Assembly: GCA_031414535.1 (NCBI GenBank)
Contig: JANNVQ010000029.1
Location: 96,001 to 160,000, forward strand
Reading direction: 5' to 3'
Origin: Gemmatimonas sp.
Lineage (GTDB): Bacteria > Gemmatimonadota > Gemmatimonadetes > Gemmatimonadales > Gemmatimonadaceae
Length of the DNA stretch: 64,000 bases
Made by a program: the position numbers and the translations under genes. Shown here one piece after another: positions 34,051 through 44,659 of the stretch. How positions within the stretch are numbered: position 1 is the stretch's first letter; each line of letters starts with the position of its first letter. The notes below the pieces were generated by a model. That model was not told the DNA's origin, searched no databases, and was given only the letters and a program-made list of their open reading frames with translations.

Positions 34051-36090
34051 ATGTCGCTTCGCCGCCGGACGTTCTTCGCCGCCGCGTTTCTCGTGCTCGC
34101 CGCGGTTCCCGCTGCGGTCCCCTCGCTGCTCCGCGCGCAGACGCGACCCGGACCAGACCGCCTCACGATTGCCGACTATATGGCCTGGGAGGACGTGGGG
34201 AACCCGCGCCTCTCGCCAGACGGCACGAAGATCATCTATACCAAGAGCTGGATTGATGCGATTAACGATCGCCGCAAGTCCGCGCTCTGGATCATGGATG
34301 CCGACGGCTCACGTCAGCGATTTCTGACTGAGGGCTCGGAGGCCATCTGGTCACCGGACGGCACTCGCATCGCGTATCTGAAGGCCGGTGAACCGACGGG
34401 CAATCAGCTCTACGTGCGGTGGATGGACGCCGAGGGCGCCACGTCGCAGATCACGCGTTTGACCGAGAGCCCGAGCAACATCGCGTGGTCGCCTGATGGG
34501 AAGAGCCTCGCGTTCCAAGCGTTGGTCACGGAGCGCAACAACTGGCCGCTCGAACTTCCGGCGGCGCCACCGGGGGCCAAGTGGACCGAAGCGCCGCGCG
34601 TGGTGCAGTCCGTGCGCTACCGCTCGGACCGCCAAGGATTCTTGCCCGATGGATTTGTGCACCTCTTTGTGGTATCCGCCGATGGTGGCGCTCCGCGTCA
34701 GGTCACGGAGGGCGATTGGAACCACAACTTTGCTGAGTGGACGACGGACGGACGCGGCTTGCTACTCACGGCCAATCGCGTGGCGGATTGGGAGTACAGC
34801 TGGCGGCAGTCAGATATCTATCGCGCAGATGTCGCGACGCGCACCATCACGCGTCTGACCACGCGCAACGGGCCGGATAACAATCCCGTGCCCTCGCCCG
34901 ACGGAAAGTTCATCGCCTACACGGGCTTCGACAGCACCGACGCCACCTGGCAGGATGCCGCGCTCTACGTGATGAATGTGGACGGCAGCGGCGCGCGCGT
35001 ACTGACGGCGCAACTCGACCGCTCGCCCGCGTCGCTGATGTGGGATGCGCAGTCTCGCGGTATCTATTTTCAGGCTGAGGACCGTGGTGCGAGGCAGCTT
35101 CATTACGTGACGCTGCAGGGCCAGCACCGCGCCGTCACGTCCGGTGCGCATATGCTCAACGTCACCGACGTCAGCCGTAGCGGTGTGATGGTAGGCACGC
35201 GTACCACGGCAAGCGAACCGAACAACATCGTGCGCTTCGATCCGCGCACGCCGCAGACCATCGCTACGCTCACCAACGTGAACGGCGATCTACTCGCGGG
35301 CAAGAAGCTCGCCAGCGTCGAGGAGATTTGGTACACCTCGGTGGATGGATTCCGCATCCAAGGTTGGATCGTGAAGCCGCCCGACTTTGATCCCAGCAAG
35401 AAGTATCCGCTGATGCTGGAGATTCACGGTGGTCCGCACGCGATGTATAACGTGGGCTTCAGCTTTGCGCGTCAGGACCACGCGGCGCACGGTTACGTCA
35501 CGCTCTACACCAATCCGCGCGGCAGCACCGGCTACGGCTCGGCGTTTGGCAACGCCATCAAGAACGCCTACCCAGGCAAGGACTACGACGATCTTATGGC
35601 CGGCGTGGACTCCCTGCTCGGCCGCGGTTACATCGACCAGAACAAGCTGTATGTGTACGGCTGCTCGGGCGGTGGCGTGCTGACGAGCTGGATTGTGGGT
35701 CACACGAATCGCTTTGCCGCCGCCAGCGCCAACTGCCCGGTGACCAACTGGTTCAGCTTCGTGGGTATCACCGACGGCAGCACCTGGTATCGCAACTTCG
35801 AGAAGTTCCCGTGGGAAGATCCCAGCGAGCACATTCGCCGCTCGCCGCTGATGTACGTGGGCAACGTGCGCACCCCGACGATGCTGATGACGGGCGTGAA
35901 CGATCTACGGACGCCGATGGCGCAGACGGAGGAGTATTACCAGGCGCTCAAGATGATGCGCGTGCCGACGGCGATGGTGCGGTTCAACAATGAGTGGCAC
36001 GGCACCAGTTCGACCCCATCGAACTTTCTGCGCACACAGGCGTTTTTGCGCAGTTGGTTTGCTCGTTATCCGCAGCCACCGCGGATGTAG
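34051..36090 (+). CDS. S9-family peptidase (acylaminoacyl / dipeptidyl aminopeptidase-like)
   Basis: Propeller repeats (WSPDG), IHGGPH, NPRGSTGYG, nucleophile GCSGGG, DLRTP and EWHG. Signal peptide has an RRTF (Tat-like) motif. Confidence 0.93.
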   Translation: MSLRRRTFFAAAFLVLAAVPAAVPSLLRAQTRPGPDRLTIADYMAWEDVGNPRLSPDGTKIIYTKSWIDAINDRRKSALWIMDADGSRQRFLTEGSEAIWSPDGTRIAYLKAGEPTGNQLYVRWMDAEGATSQITRLTESPSNIAWSPDGKSLAFQALVTERNNWPLELPAAPPGAKWTEAPRVVQSVRYRSDRQGFLPDGFVHLFVVSADGGAPRQVTEGDWNHNFAEWTTDGRGLLLTANRVADWEYSWRQSDIYRADVATRTITRLTTRNGPDNNPVPSPDGKFIAYTGFDSTDATWQDAALYVMNVDGSGARVLTAQLDRSPASLMWDAQSRGIYFQAEDRGARQLHYVTLQGQHRAVTSGAHMLNVTDVSRSGVMVGTRTTASEPNNIVRFDPRTPQTIATLTNVNGDLLAGKKLASVEEIWYTSVDGFRIQGWIVKPPDFDPSKKYPLMLEIHGGPHAMYNVGFSFARQDHAAHGYVTLYTNPRGSTGYGSAFGNAIKNAYPGKDYDDLMAGVDSLLGRGYIDQNKLYVYGCSGGGVLTSWIVGHTNRFAAASANCPVTNWFSFVGITDGSTWYRNFEKFPWEDPSEHIRRSPLMYVGNVRTPTMLMTGVNDLRTPMAQTEEYYQALKMMRVPTAMVRFNNEWHGTSSTPSNFLRTQAFLRSWFARYPQPPRM

Positions 36091-36127
36091 CGTTACGGGC
36101 GTGTACTGAGAAAACGGACTGCGCTCG

Positions 36128-36631
36128 TCAGCGGATCTCGAAGGAGACCGTCGGCGAGCGCAGTTGCTGTTGGCTCCTAATCGCGTCCAGCAGTGCGTAG
36201 GCGCGATACTGGCCTGGGATGAGCGAGGCACCATTGCGGTCGTCGGTGGCCGTGGCTCCGCGCACTACGTATGAGCGTGTTACGAGCCCGCGGGCCGGCA
36301 CGGTGAGAGAGGTCAGGGCCTGTGTGCAGCCCCATCCTCCGGCCGATGGGTATCGCATCGCGCCCGATGCGGTCTCGATGTAGGGCAGAATCTGGCAACC
36401 AGAGCCGAAGCTAATCTCCACGACAGTCGCATTGTCGTTGTGCAGTTGCATCGTGATCGTGGCGGAATCGCCGACGAGTATGACCGTAGTGTCCAGCGAG
36501 ACTCCGAGTCGCAAGCCATCAAGTTCCAACACCTGCCGCGGGGGCGTGACCTCGGCAGGCAGAGGATCGGCACAACTGGTTCCAAGCAGCACGCCGGCGG
36601 CAATGGTGGTCAACTTTGCGGTACGCAGCAT
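36128..36631 (-). CDS. Lipoprotein with a BsuPI-like (proteinase-inhibitor-type) Ig domain
   Basis: Lipobox LLGTSC; ISFGSGCQ, CTQALTSLTV and PGQYRAYA motifs. Confidence 0.55.
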   Translation of the reverse strand: MLRTAKLTTIAAGVLLGTSCADPLPAEVTPPRQVLELDGLRLGVSLDTTVILVGDSATITMQLHNDNATVVEISFGSGCQILPYIETASGAMRYPSAGGWGCTQALTSLTVPARGLVTRSYVVRGATATDDRNGASLIPGQYRAYALLDAIRSQQQLRSPTVSFEIR

Positions 36632-36686
36632 CGTAGCTCCGAGTGGAGAGTGAGGTCTATACCCCGCTTGTGCACTCCACGTCACG

Positions 36687-39600
36687 CTAGGGCGCATTGA
36701 CCGTTACCGTTCCAGTCGCGCCGCCAACCACCGCGAATCCGGGAGCCGCGGCACTCACCGTGCTCGCCCCCACTGCCAGAGGCCGGATAGCCACGCCACC
36801 AGTCGCCACCGACGATGGTGAACTGTTCTGCCCCGGCGAGATGGTCACCGTAGCCGATGCGCTATTTGTCGTCGACGTGATCAGCGGTAGCGCTGCGATG
36901 TTGCTGCTGGTGAGCGTCACTGTGAGTGCGGTGCCGCCAGTCCGAATGGCCTGCAACTGGGACAGCGCTGTGCCACCGGCATTGAGGTTTCCAGTGCGTA
37001 CTACAAAGGCACGGTCCGCAACACCTGCTGTGATTGTTGTGCCAAGGCTAAACAGTTCCAGCGTGGGTTGCACCACCGTCGCTGTTGCTGTCCCATCAAT
37101 GAATCCTGCGGCACGTGCTGAGATCTGCACAGATCCTGTTTGTCCCTCCACGCCAGCAATCACATAGGAGAATGCTCCGGCACCATCGGCAATCGGAATG
37201 ATGATGGAGTCCGTCGCCACCTCGTTCGCAAAGCGCGCTACTCGCAGCACCCCGGGGTTCGAACTCTTCACGATGACGTTCACGCCGCCGTGGTTTGCCG
37301 CGCCTAGGCTACCCGATGCGCCAGAACCAGTCTGCAAGCCAGAGCCGACGCTGGTGGGAGTTCCAAGCGTGATGCCCGGCGTCGTCACCGTAACGGTGGT
37401 CCCAACGGTACTCGAGCCTTGACGTGCGCCCGGTGCAGTCGCCGAAAGCACCGTGCTGCCAGTCGTGATGGGACGGAAGAAGACACCTGTAGGATTGACA
37501 CCAGCCGTTTGCTGCGCACCCGCGAGGATGTTGACTACTTGTGTATCGGCGGCCACGCCATTGATCACCAGCTTACCAACGTTCCCATTGCTGGTGGCGA
37601 AGGTGACGGGATACGGCGGCGCTCCCGCGCGACGCGGTCCCGTATTGATGATCGTCCCACCGGTTGGTGATCCGGGTGTGCCGATGATGACCACGAACGC
37701 GTCGTCGGGTGTCAACGTCGTGATGGACGACAGTACGCTGTTGAACTCAATAACAGGCTGCCAGATGAAGTACGTGGCATTTCGCGAAGTCCAGCCCGGC
37801 GCCGAGGCCGTGACCACCACGGTATCAGGGGGAACGTCGAGCATCTGAATGACCACACTTGCCGTCGACTGTCCAGCGGGGACAGTCACGACCAACGTAT
37901 CACTGCCCACCGTTGCGGCGTTGGGGGAGAAGAGCAACAGATTGGGATCGGCCGCTCGTAGGGTGACGGGCAAGCCACCGACGGGTGCCGGCGCATTGAG
38001 AGAAATTGTCGCGCTTCTTGCGAGGCCGCTGCCGAGCGCGAAGGCGGTGAGGCCCGAGATGCTGGGTTGCGATACCGTCACCGACCGCGTTGACTGGGCC
38101 ACTTCACGCGTGAGGTCGCTGTTCGCGCGGATGGTGGTTACGCCTGCGCCAAGCGAGCGGAAGGCGACGCCACCCTGCGCCACGCTAAAGCCCGTGGTGC
38201 GATCGCCCGCCGGAATGTTAATGCGGACAGAGTCAGCAACCCGCGCCGTCGTGACAAGGGTTCCCACGCCGGCAGAATCCGTGATGACATTCACGTCAAG
38301 GCTCGCCGCGCCAAACCGCACGAAGTCGGCAAAGTTGATATTGGCGCCCGTCGGACTGTTCGGTGTGCCCACAGACACCGTGAACACATCATCAGACGAG
38401 CTCGTGGTGCCGGTGGCCAACAGATCGCCGTTGATCACAATCACCGGATCAACGATTCCCATCACCGCACTGCTCGATACGTAGCCGGGCGCCGTGAAAG
38501 TGAGCGTGAGTGAATCGAGTGCTGGGCCAGCCGTCTCGAGCACCTGCACACTGAAGTTCGCCGAGCTGCTGCCGACGCTCGCGGCTATCACGACCGAGTC
38601 AGCCGAGCCAAGTGTGGTGGTGTTCGGCGAGAGCAAGACCAATCCCGGACGAGAGGGCTTCACGGTAATTGGAAGCGGATTCCCGACCACGGAATTGGAG
38701 AGCGAAACGGATACCGTTCGCATCAAACCGCGCCCAATCGGTGAAGTCAGGCCAAGGCCACCAGCGCCGGTGATAGAGGACTGCGCAATAGTGACGATTC
38801 GCGAGTTGCCCGCGAGAGGGCGCAACGATGAGCTCAGAGCGCGAACCGTCGTGACACCCGCGGCAGTGCTGCGAATGGCCACACCGCCCGACGCGACCGA
38901 GGTTGGTGAGTCGAACGCCCCCGGTGAAATCGTCACGGTCACAGAGTCCGCTGTGAGGGACGTGGTCACGAGGCTAGCCACTGCGGTACTGTCGTTCACG
39001 ACGGTGAACACCAGCGGCGCTGCGCCTGCTCGCACTTCATCAAGAGTGTTGAAGCCGGTGGACGTAACTGATGCGGGAGTTCCAACACGTACTTGGAAGG
39101 GATCGTCAGCCTGGGCCGTCGTGCGAGGGGAGAAAAGCCCGGTGATTTCGAAGACTGGCTGAAGAATGAGAATCCTGTTCGTGTCGGGCGCGTAGCCTGG
39201 CGCCGTGACGATGACGTTCACGGAATCGTTCAGCAATCCCTCGAGCGCTTGCACCACATAGTTCGCCGTCGTCGAACCGTTCACTAATGGGAAGTCAACG
39301 AACCCAGAGCCTTGGGTCGTGGATGTCGCCGAGACCAAGAGCTTGGCGGGATCACTGCTGGTCACACGAACCGTCGTTCCACCGTGCGCAGCAAACCCGA
39401 GGGTAAACGACTGTAGCCGCTGCAATCCTGAGCCAAGCGTTACGCCGACTGCGGTGATGGTCGGCGTAGCGCCCACGTTGGCTGTCGTGCTGTCGCCGAC
39501 AAAGCCCTGTGGACCCGTCGCGCGCAGAAGCGTGGAACAAGGGAATGTCGTGCCACTGCCCCTCGCTACGGTTACCGCGACGCTGGTAAGTCCCGCGCCG

Positions 39601-42017
39601 ATCGTTGCGCTCGCTGGCACAGCGGCGCAAAGCGGATTCACGGCCACGAGTGATACGGCAATGCCGCCAGCGGGTGCGGGGATGGGGTTTCCGCCGCTCG
39701 TGAGACGCACCGTGATGGGCGCGCTGAAGCTCTCGTTCAGTGCCACAGACGTCTGCTGAATATCCACCGACGCCGTGACGTTCACCGTCGTCGTAGCGGG
39801 CGCATAGTTGGGATGAGTCGCAATGATGGTCGTACTGCCAATCTGCAGCCCTTGCACCGTCCCGTTCTGCGTACTGGCGCCAGAGAGGACCACCACTGGG
39901 TTCGGCGAAACCGATGCAATCGACGGCGACGTCACGGTGAGTGTGACACCCACGCCACCAGCCGGCGCCGGCGTTGATAGCTGCACTGGAAGCGAAGCGG
40001 GGCCATCCAGTGGTGCGTTCAACGTCGGCGGCAGCGAGATCAAGTTGAGCGACACTGGCACATTAAGCGTGTCCGGATCCCAACCTGCTGCGGTGGCGCG
40101 CACGCGAGCCACGCCCACTGCCACGCCAGTCACATCAATGGTCGCGAGCGTATCACCGGCTGCAATCGTGACTGAGCTCGGCGGTCCCACGGTGAGATAC
40201 TGCGCGCTGTCGGAGATGACGGTCACCACAAGTCCATTCACTGGTGCGGGCTGGCCGAGCTCCACCGCCAGTTGGCCCGTGCGCTGGAATCCGATGACGT
40301 TGGACGCAATGATGCTCAGGTTGATCACCGGCGCGAGCGCGATGCCCGTGGCTGTAATTGTCACCGGCGCCACGCCAGCGACCGTCGCGGTGATGGACTG
40401 CGCGCCTGCCGTCGTGCCCAGAGTCCAGGAGCCAAGCGAGGCGAGGCCTGCGGCATCCGTGGTATCGACTGTGCCTGCCAAGGTTCCGCCGCCACTGGCC
40501 ACCGCGAAGGTCACCACTCGGTTGGGCACGGGATTGTCTGCAGCGTCCGCGACGCGCACGACGATCGGCAATGCGAGCGCGGTGCCGACGTTCGCCGACT
40601 GACCACTGCCGCTCTGCGCGGCGATGGCTGCCGGCGCGCCGGCGGACACGACGATGGCATCGGAGGTGTCTGGCGTGAGCCCGAAAGCCGACGCCGTAAA
40701 GCGGTAGCTGCCGACCTTGGATGGCGTCAGCGAAGGGAAGGTCGCGATGCCGTTGACGGCCGAGATCCCGTTCGGTCCCAGGATGCTGCCATTGAGCGGC
40801 AACTCAATCACGTTCAGCAGGACATTCGATGAGAAGTTCGTTGCGACCGCGCCCGTGCTATCGCGCGCCTGTACAACCACGGGTGTGGCGAACACTTCCC
40901 CCGATACGGCGGTCGTGGGCTGCTGCGTAATCACAAGCCGCGAGGCAGGGAGCAGCGAGGCCGTGACGTTGGCCGCGAGGTTGAGGTCCGTCACACCCGC
41001 GCTCGTGAAGCGCAGCGCCTGCGCCGTCGCTCCAACTAGCGCGCTCAAGGTCCAGCGCACCGCGACGCGGCCATCAGCGTTGGTCACGAGCGAAGAATCG
41101 TTCGTCGTACCGCCGCCGGTGATGGCCACGTTGATAGTCGCGCCGGAGATCGGGAGACCATCGGTGGCGAGGAGCCGCACGACCACGGAGTCGCCGAGCG
41201 TGCTGCCGGCAGTTCCAGTGATGGTGCCTGTCCCAACGCGGGAGAGCGTCGCCGGCTTCGGCGCGATGACGATGACACCGGTGTCTGCCGCGGACCCTGC
41301 CGCGAGCGCCACCCGCACGCGCGCGATGCCGCGGGATGGCAGGGTAAGCCCCGTTCCTGCGCCGATGCCGCCGAGCGCAGCGCGCGAGGAATCAAGCGCG
41401 AAAAAGAGCACAGGAGCATTTGCGACTGTAGCGCCCTGGCCATCTTTCGCCGTGGCCGTGAACGTAAAAGGCGCACCTGCCTCGAGCCGGATGGTGTCGG
41501 GCAGGATCTGCACGCCCGTGGCCGACGCACCAGGGCCGGTGTACGTGAGCGTGATTGGCGTAGGCTGCGGCGGTGGCTCGCCGCGTCCCAGCTGCCGAGC
41601 GAGCACGGACTCTGGGCCGCCGCGGAAGACGGTATCGCCAGCGGCGTTGATGTACTGCAACGAGAGCTCCAGCTCTTCTCCCTCGGCTGGTGCGTTTGCC
41701 GAGAGCTGCACATTCAGCGAAACTTGGAGCTCGGCGACCTCAGACGAAGCAGGAAACACCCGGGCCAGCGCCACCGCGCCGTTTGAGCGCGTGAGGATCA
41801 CGCGCACGCTGGTGTAGGGCACCACCGAGCCCGCACCCTCCTCTACGCTGGCAAGCTCCCCAGGGAACGTCGAGACAAAAGACAGTCCCTCAGCGAATCG
41901 CAGGCCGCCGTTTGGACCCGTGATCTCCCGGCCGCAACTGAGCAGCGACAAGAACAGGGCGGCGCCAGCGGCAGCGAATCGGCGGGCAGAGGCCCGGAGG
42001 ACCGGAGGACGAGTCAT
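36687..42017 (-). CDS. Giant (1776-aa) surface lipoprotein with tandem Ig-like domains
   Basis: Lipobox LSLLSC; Ala/Thr/Val/Gly-rich beta-sandwich repeats (Big_1-like segments VTNADGR, TTDAAGLA); four ~233-aa C-terminal repeats. Confidence 0.8.
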   Translation of the reverse strand: MTRPPVLRASARRFAAAGAALFLSLLSCGREITGPNGGLRFAEGLSFVSTFPGELASVEEGAGSVVPYTSVRVILTRSNGAVALARVFPASSEVAELQVSLNVQLSANAPAEGEELELSLQYINAAGDTVFRGGPESVLARQLGRGEPPPQPTPITLTYTGPGASATGVQILPDTIRLEAGAPFTFTATAKDGQGATVANAPVLFFALDSSRAALGGIGAGTGLTLPSRGIARVRVALAAGSAADTGVIVIAPKPATLSRVGTGTITGTAGSTLGDSVVVRLLATDGLPISGATINVAITGGGTTNDSSLVTNADGRVAVRWTLSALVGATAQALRFTSAGVTDLNLAANVTASLLPASRLVITQQPTTAVSGEVFATPVVVQARDSTGAVATNFSSNVLLNVIELPLNGSILGPNGISAVNGIATFPSLTPSKVGSYRFTASAFGLTPDTSDAIVVSAGAPAAIAAQSGSGQSANVGTALALPIVVRVADAADNPVPNRVVTFAVASGGGTLAGTVDTTDAAGLASLGSWTLGTTAGAQSITATVAGVAPVTITATGIALAPVINLSIIASNVIGFQRTGQLAVELGQPAPVNGLVVTVISDSAQYLTVGPPSSVTIAAGDTLATIDVTGVAVGVARVRATAAGWDPDTLNVPVSLNLISLPPTLNAPLDGPASLPVQLSTPAPAGGVGVTLTVTSPSIASVSPNPVVVLSGASTQNGTVQGLQIGSTTIIATHPNYAPATTTVNVTASVDIQQTSVALNESFSAPITVRLTSGGNPIPAPAGGIAVSLVAVNPLCAAVPASATIGAGLTSVAVTVARGSGTTFPCSTLLRATGPQGFVGDSTTANVGATPTITAVGVTLGSGLQRLQSFTLGFAAHGGTTVRVTSSDPAKLLVSATSTTQGSGFVDFPLVNGSTTANYVVQALEGLLNDSVNVIVTAPGYAPDTNRILILQPVFEITGLFSPRTTAQADDPFQVRVGTPASVTSTGFNTLDEVRAGAAPLVFTVVNDSTAVASLVTTSLTADSVTVTISPGAFDSPTSVASGGVAIRSTAAGVTTVRALSSSLRPLAGNSRIVTIAQSSITGAGGLGLTSPIGRGLMRTVSVSLSNSVVGNPLPITVKPSRPGLVLLSPNTTTLGSADSVVIAASVGSSSANFSVQVLETAGPALDSLTLTFTAPGYVSSSAVMGIVDPVIVINGDLLATGTTSSSDDVFTVSVGTPNSPTGANINFADFVRFGAASLDVNVITDSAGVGTLVTTARVADSVRINIPAGDRTTGFSVAQGGVAFRSLGAGVTTIRANSDLTREVAQSTRSVTVSQPSISGLTAFALGSGLARSATISLNAPAPVGGLPVTLRAADPNLLLFSPNAATVGSDTLVVTVPAGQSTASVVIQMLDVPPDTVVVTASAPGWTSRNATYFIWQPVIEFNSVLSSITTLTPDDAFVVIIGTPGSPTGGTIINTGPRRAGAPPYPVTFATSNGNVGKLVINGVAADTQVVNILAGAQQTAGVNPTGVFFRPITTGSTVLSATAPGARQGSSTVGTTVTVTTPGITLGTPTSVGSGLQTGSGASGSLGAANHGGVNVIVKSSNPGVLRVARFANEVATDSIIIPIADGAGAFSYVIAGVEGQTGSVQISARAAGFIDGTATATVVQPTLELFSLGTTITAGVADRAFVVRTGNLNAGGTALSQLQAIRTGGTALTVTLTSSNIAALPLITSTTNSASATVTISPGQNSSPSSVATGGVAIRPLAVGASTVSAAAPGFAVVGGATGTVTVNAP

Positions 42018-42163
42018 CCAATGACTTTACGACTTGGCGCAGAAGCTGACTAGAGGGTACGTCCTCGAGGACTGTGACCTAGTGCACAGAAATCATTCGG
42101 TACCACCTCGCGGAGGCGGGACCCAGCGGCCACATTTCCCGCTCAGCAAGCCCGCCGCTCCCC

Positions 42164-44659
42164 GTGTTCGACCCCGCCCGAGTGACCGACCTCCGCATCC
42201 AACTGCAGTCCACGCTCGGCGACGGCTACACCCTCGAACGAGAGCTCGGCGGCGGCGGCATGTCACGCGTGTTCGTGGCTCGCGACAATGCGCTCGGGCG
42301 CGAGGTTGTGGTGAAGGTGCTTGCCCCCGAGCTTTCGGCCGAAGTGAGCCTTGAGCGCTTCGCTCGCGAAATCGCGACGGCGGCACGCTTGCAGCAAGCG
42401 AACATCGTGCCCGTGCTCGCCTCGGGTGCCTCGGCTGGCCTCCCCTACTACACCATGCCCTTTGTGAAGGGCGAGTCGCTGCGTGCGCTGCTCGCGCGCG
42501 GCACTGTGTTATCGCTACACGATCGTCTCAATGTGCTGCGTGATGTGGCGCGGGCACTCGGCTACGCGCACGGCGAAGGCGTGGTGCACCGCGACATCAA
42601 GCCAGACAACATTCTGCTTTCGGCGGGCACCGCCGTGGTGACCGACTTTGGTATCGCGAAGGCCATCAGCGCGGCGCGCACGCACGATGGCTCGTCAGCG
42701 GCCAACGACGGGACGCTCACGCAGGCCGGGAGTAGCATCGGGACGCCAGCGTATATGGCGCCTGAGCAGGCGGTGGGCGAGGCCGTGGACCATCGCGCCG
42801 ACATTTACGCTTGGGGGGTGGTGGCGTACGAACTGCTGAGCGGCGCGCATCCCTTTGCGGGGAAGAGTGGTGCTTCGCAGTTGATTGCGGCGCATCTGGC
42901 GGAGATGCCAGTGTCGCTTGAGCTGCGCGCGCCTGAGCTGCCGCGTGAGGTGGCCACGTTGGTGATGCAGTGTTTGGCGAAGAAGCCGAGTGAGCGGCCG
43001 GCCGCGGCCAACATTTTGCTCGAGCGCCTTGCCGCCGTTACGACGCCGAGCGCTGGGCGGCCCGCTGAGCGTTCCGGTGCTTCCGCCAGCGCATCGAGTC
43101 AGCGTAGCATAGGCATCGGGGCGCTGATTCTGATTGCTGCTGCCGTAGCGTTCTGGTTCGTGAAGGGGCGCGATGCAAACGGAGATGCGAGTGCCAGTGC
43201 GACTGCAACCGCCCAGTCGGAAACACTCTCGTCGCTGGCCGTGCTGCCCTTCGTAAACACCAGCGGCGACGCGCAGGATGAGTACTTCAGCGACGGCCTC
43301 ACCGACGAACTCTCGCACGCTTTGTCAAAGCTCCCGGGCCTGCGCCTGGCCGGGCGCTCGTCGAGTTTCTCGTTCAAGGGCAAGACCATTCCCGCCTCTG
43401 AAGTAGGCGAGGCTCTCGGCGTAGGCGCCATCGTTGAAGGCACCGTGCGTCGCGCTGGCGATCGCATTCGTTTGACCGCGCAGCTCACGAGCACGCGCGA
43501 TGGGCAGGTGCTGTGGAGTGATGCCTTCGAGCGCACGGGCGCGGATGTGTTCGCGGTGCAGGATGCGTTCACGAGCGCCATCGTGGCCGCACTCACTCCG
43601 CGCCTCGCTCAGGCCGCGGGCGCGCGCACGACTTCAACGGATCCGTCGAATGTCACCGCGCGCGGGACCACTGATGCGTTGGCGTACGATCTGTATCTGA
43701 AGGGGCGATACTACTGGGCGCAGCGCGGCGCAGGCCCGCTCGATAGCGCGGTGAAGTATCTCGAGGCGGCCGTAGAGCGTGACGCTACGTTCGCACGCGG
43801 CTGGTCAGCGCTCGCGCTGGCTTACGTGATTCGTCCTAACTTCAATACCGACGTCGATTTCGCTCTCTCTGACGCGAAGGTGGACGTCGCGGCGCGGCGG
43901 GCGCTCGCCATTGATTCCACCAGTGCGGATGCTCACGCCGCTCTCGGCTTTCGCGCCATTCGCCGATTCGACTTTGCGCTGGCTGCGGCCTCGCTGGAGG
44001 CCGCGCGCCGGCTCGAGCCGGGCAGCGCCATCGCCGCACACTGGTCGGCCATCTACTATCACGCCGTGGGCGATACGATTCACGCAGAGGAGCAGATGGA
44101 GCGTGCCGTCACACTTGATCCGCTCTCGGCCACCACGCTCAACACGCGCGCCCGCATGCTCACCGAGCGGCGGCAGCTCGCGCGGGCCCGCGAAACGGAC
44201 GCTCAAGCGGCGTCTCTCAGCGCATCATTCACGAACTACCGCGTGTCATCGCTGATCTGGTCGGGATTGGCGGATAGCGCGTTTCGCTCGACGCGGCGCA
44301 TCCCCGCGTCTGATCGGTCCCGAAGCCGATTCGGCAACGCCATCATGGCCGCGGCGGCTGCTGGTCAATGGGACGTCGCGCGCGCGCTGCAACGGGAGAT
44401 TAGCGCGGGAGGTGATGGAGTGCGATCGATTGATCGTGCGGCCGCGGCGCTCGTGTTTGGTGATCGCGCGGCGGCTGCCGCCTTGTTCATTGACAACCTC
44501 GAGAACGACGGCGGGCTCGCGAACATGGCGTTCTCCGTCTGCTATCTGCCGTACGACGCCATTCGCGCCGAGCCGGCGTGGAAGGCGTTTCTTGCAAAGC
44601 ACCAGATGAAGGAGTGCCCGTACACTTCGCCCTGGCCGATTGGAGTGGCGCCCCGGTGA
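42164..44659 (+). CDS. Ser/Thr protein kinase 1 (kinase-TM-TolB_N-like-TPR)
   Basis: LGGGGMSRV, VVVK, HRDIKPDN, DFGIAK and GTPAYMAPE; TM helix; SLAVLPF..EYFSDGLTDEL; TPR repeats. Confidence 0.93.
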   Translation: MFDPARVTDLRIQLQSTLGDGYTLERELGGGGMSRVFVARDNALGREVVVKVLAPELSAEVSLERFAREIATAARLQQANIVPVLASGASAGLPYYTMPFVKGESLRALLARGTVLSLHDRLNVLRDVARALGYAHGEGVVHRDIKPDNILLSAGTAVVTDFGIAKAISAARTHDGSSAANDGTLTQAGSSIGTPAYMAPEQAVGEAVDHRADIYAWGVVAYELLSGAHPFAGKSGASQLIAAHLAEMPVSLELRAPELPREVATLVMQCLAKKPSERPAAANILLERLAAVTTPSAGRPAERSGASASASSQRSIGIGALILIAAAVAFWFVKGRDANGDASASATATAQSETLSSLAVLPFVNTSGDAQDEYFSDGLTDELSHALSKLPGLRLAGRSSSFSFKGKTIPASEVGEALGVGAIVEGTVRRAGDRIRLTAQLTSTRDGQVLWSDAFERTGADVFAVQDAFTSAIVAALTPRLAQAAGARTTSTDPSNVTARGTTDALAYDLYLKGRYYWAQRGAGPLDSAVKYLEAAVERDATFARGWSALALAYVIRPNFNTDVDFALSDAKVDVAARRALAIDSTSADAHAALGFRAIRRFDFALAAASLEAARRLEPGSAIAAHWSAIYYHAVGDTIHAEEQMERAVTLDPLSATTLNTRARMLTERRQLARARETDAQAASLSASFTNYRVSSLIWSGLADSAFRSTRRIPASDRSRSRFGNAIMAAAAAGQWDVARALQREISAGGDGVRSIDRAAAALVFGDRAAAAALFIDNLENDGGLANMAFSVCYLPYDAIRAEPAWKAFLAKHQMKECPYTSPWPIGVAPR

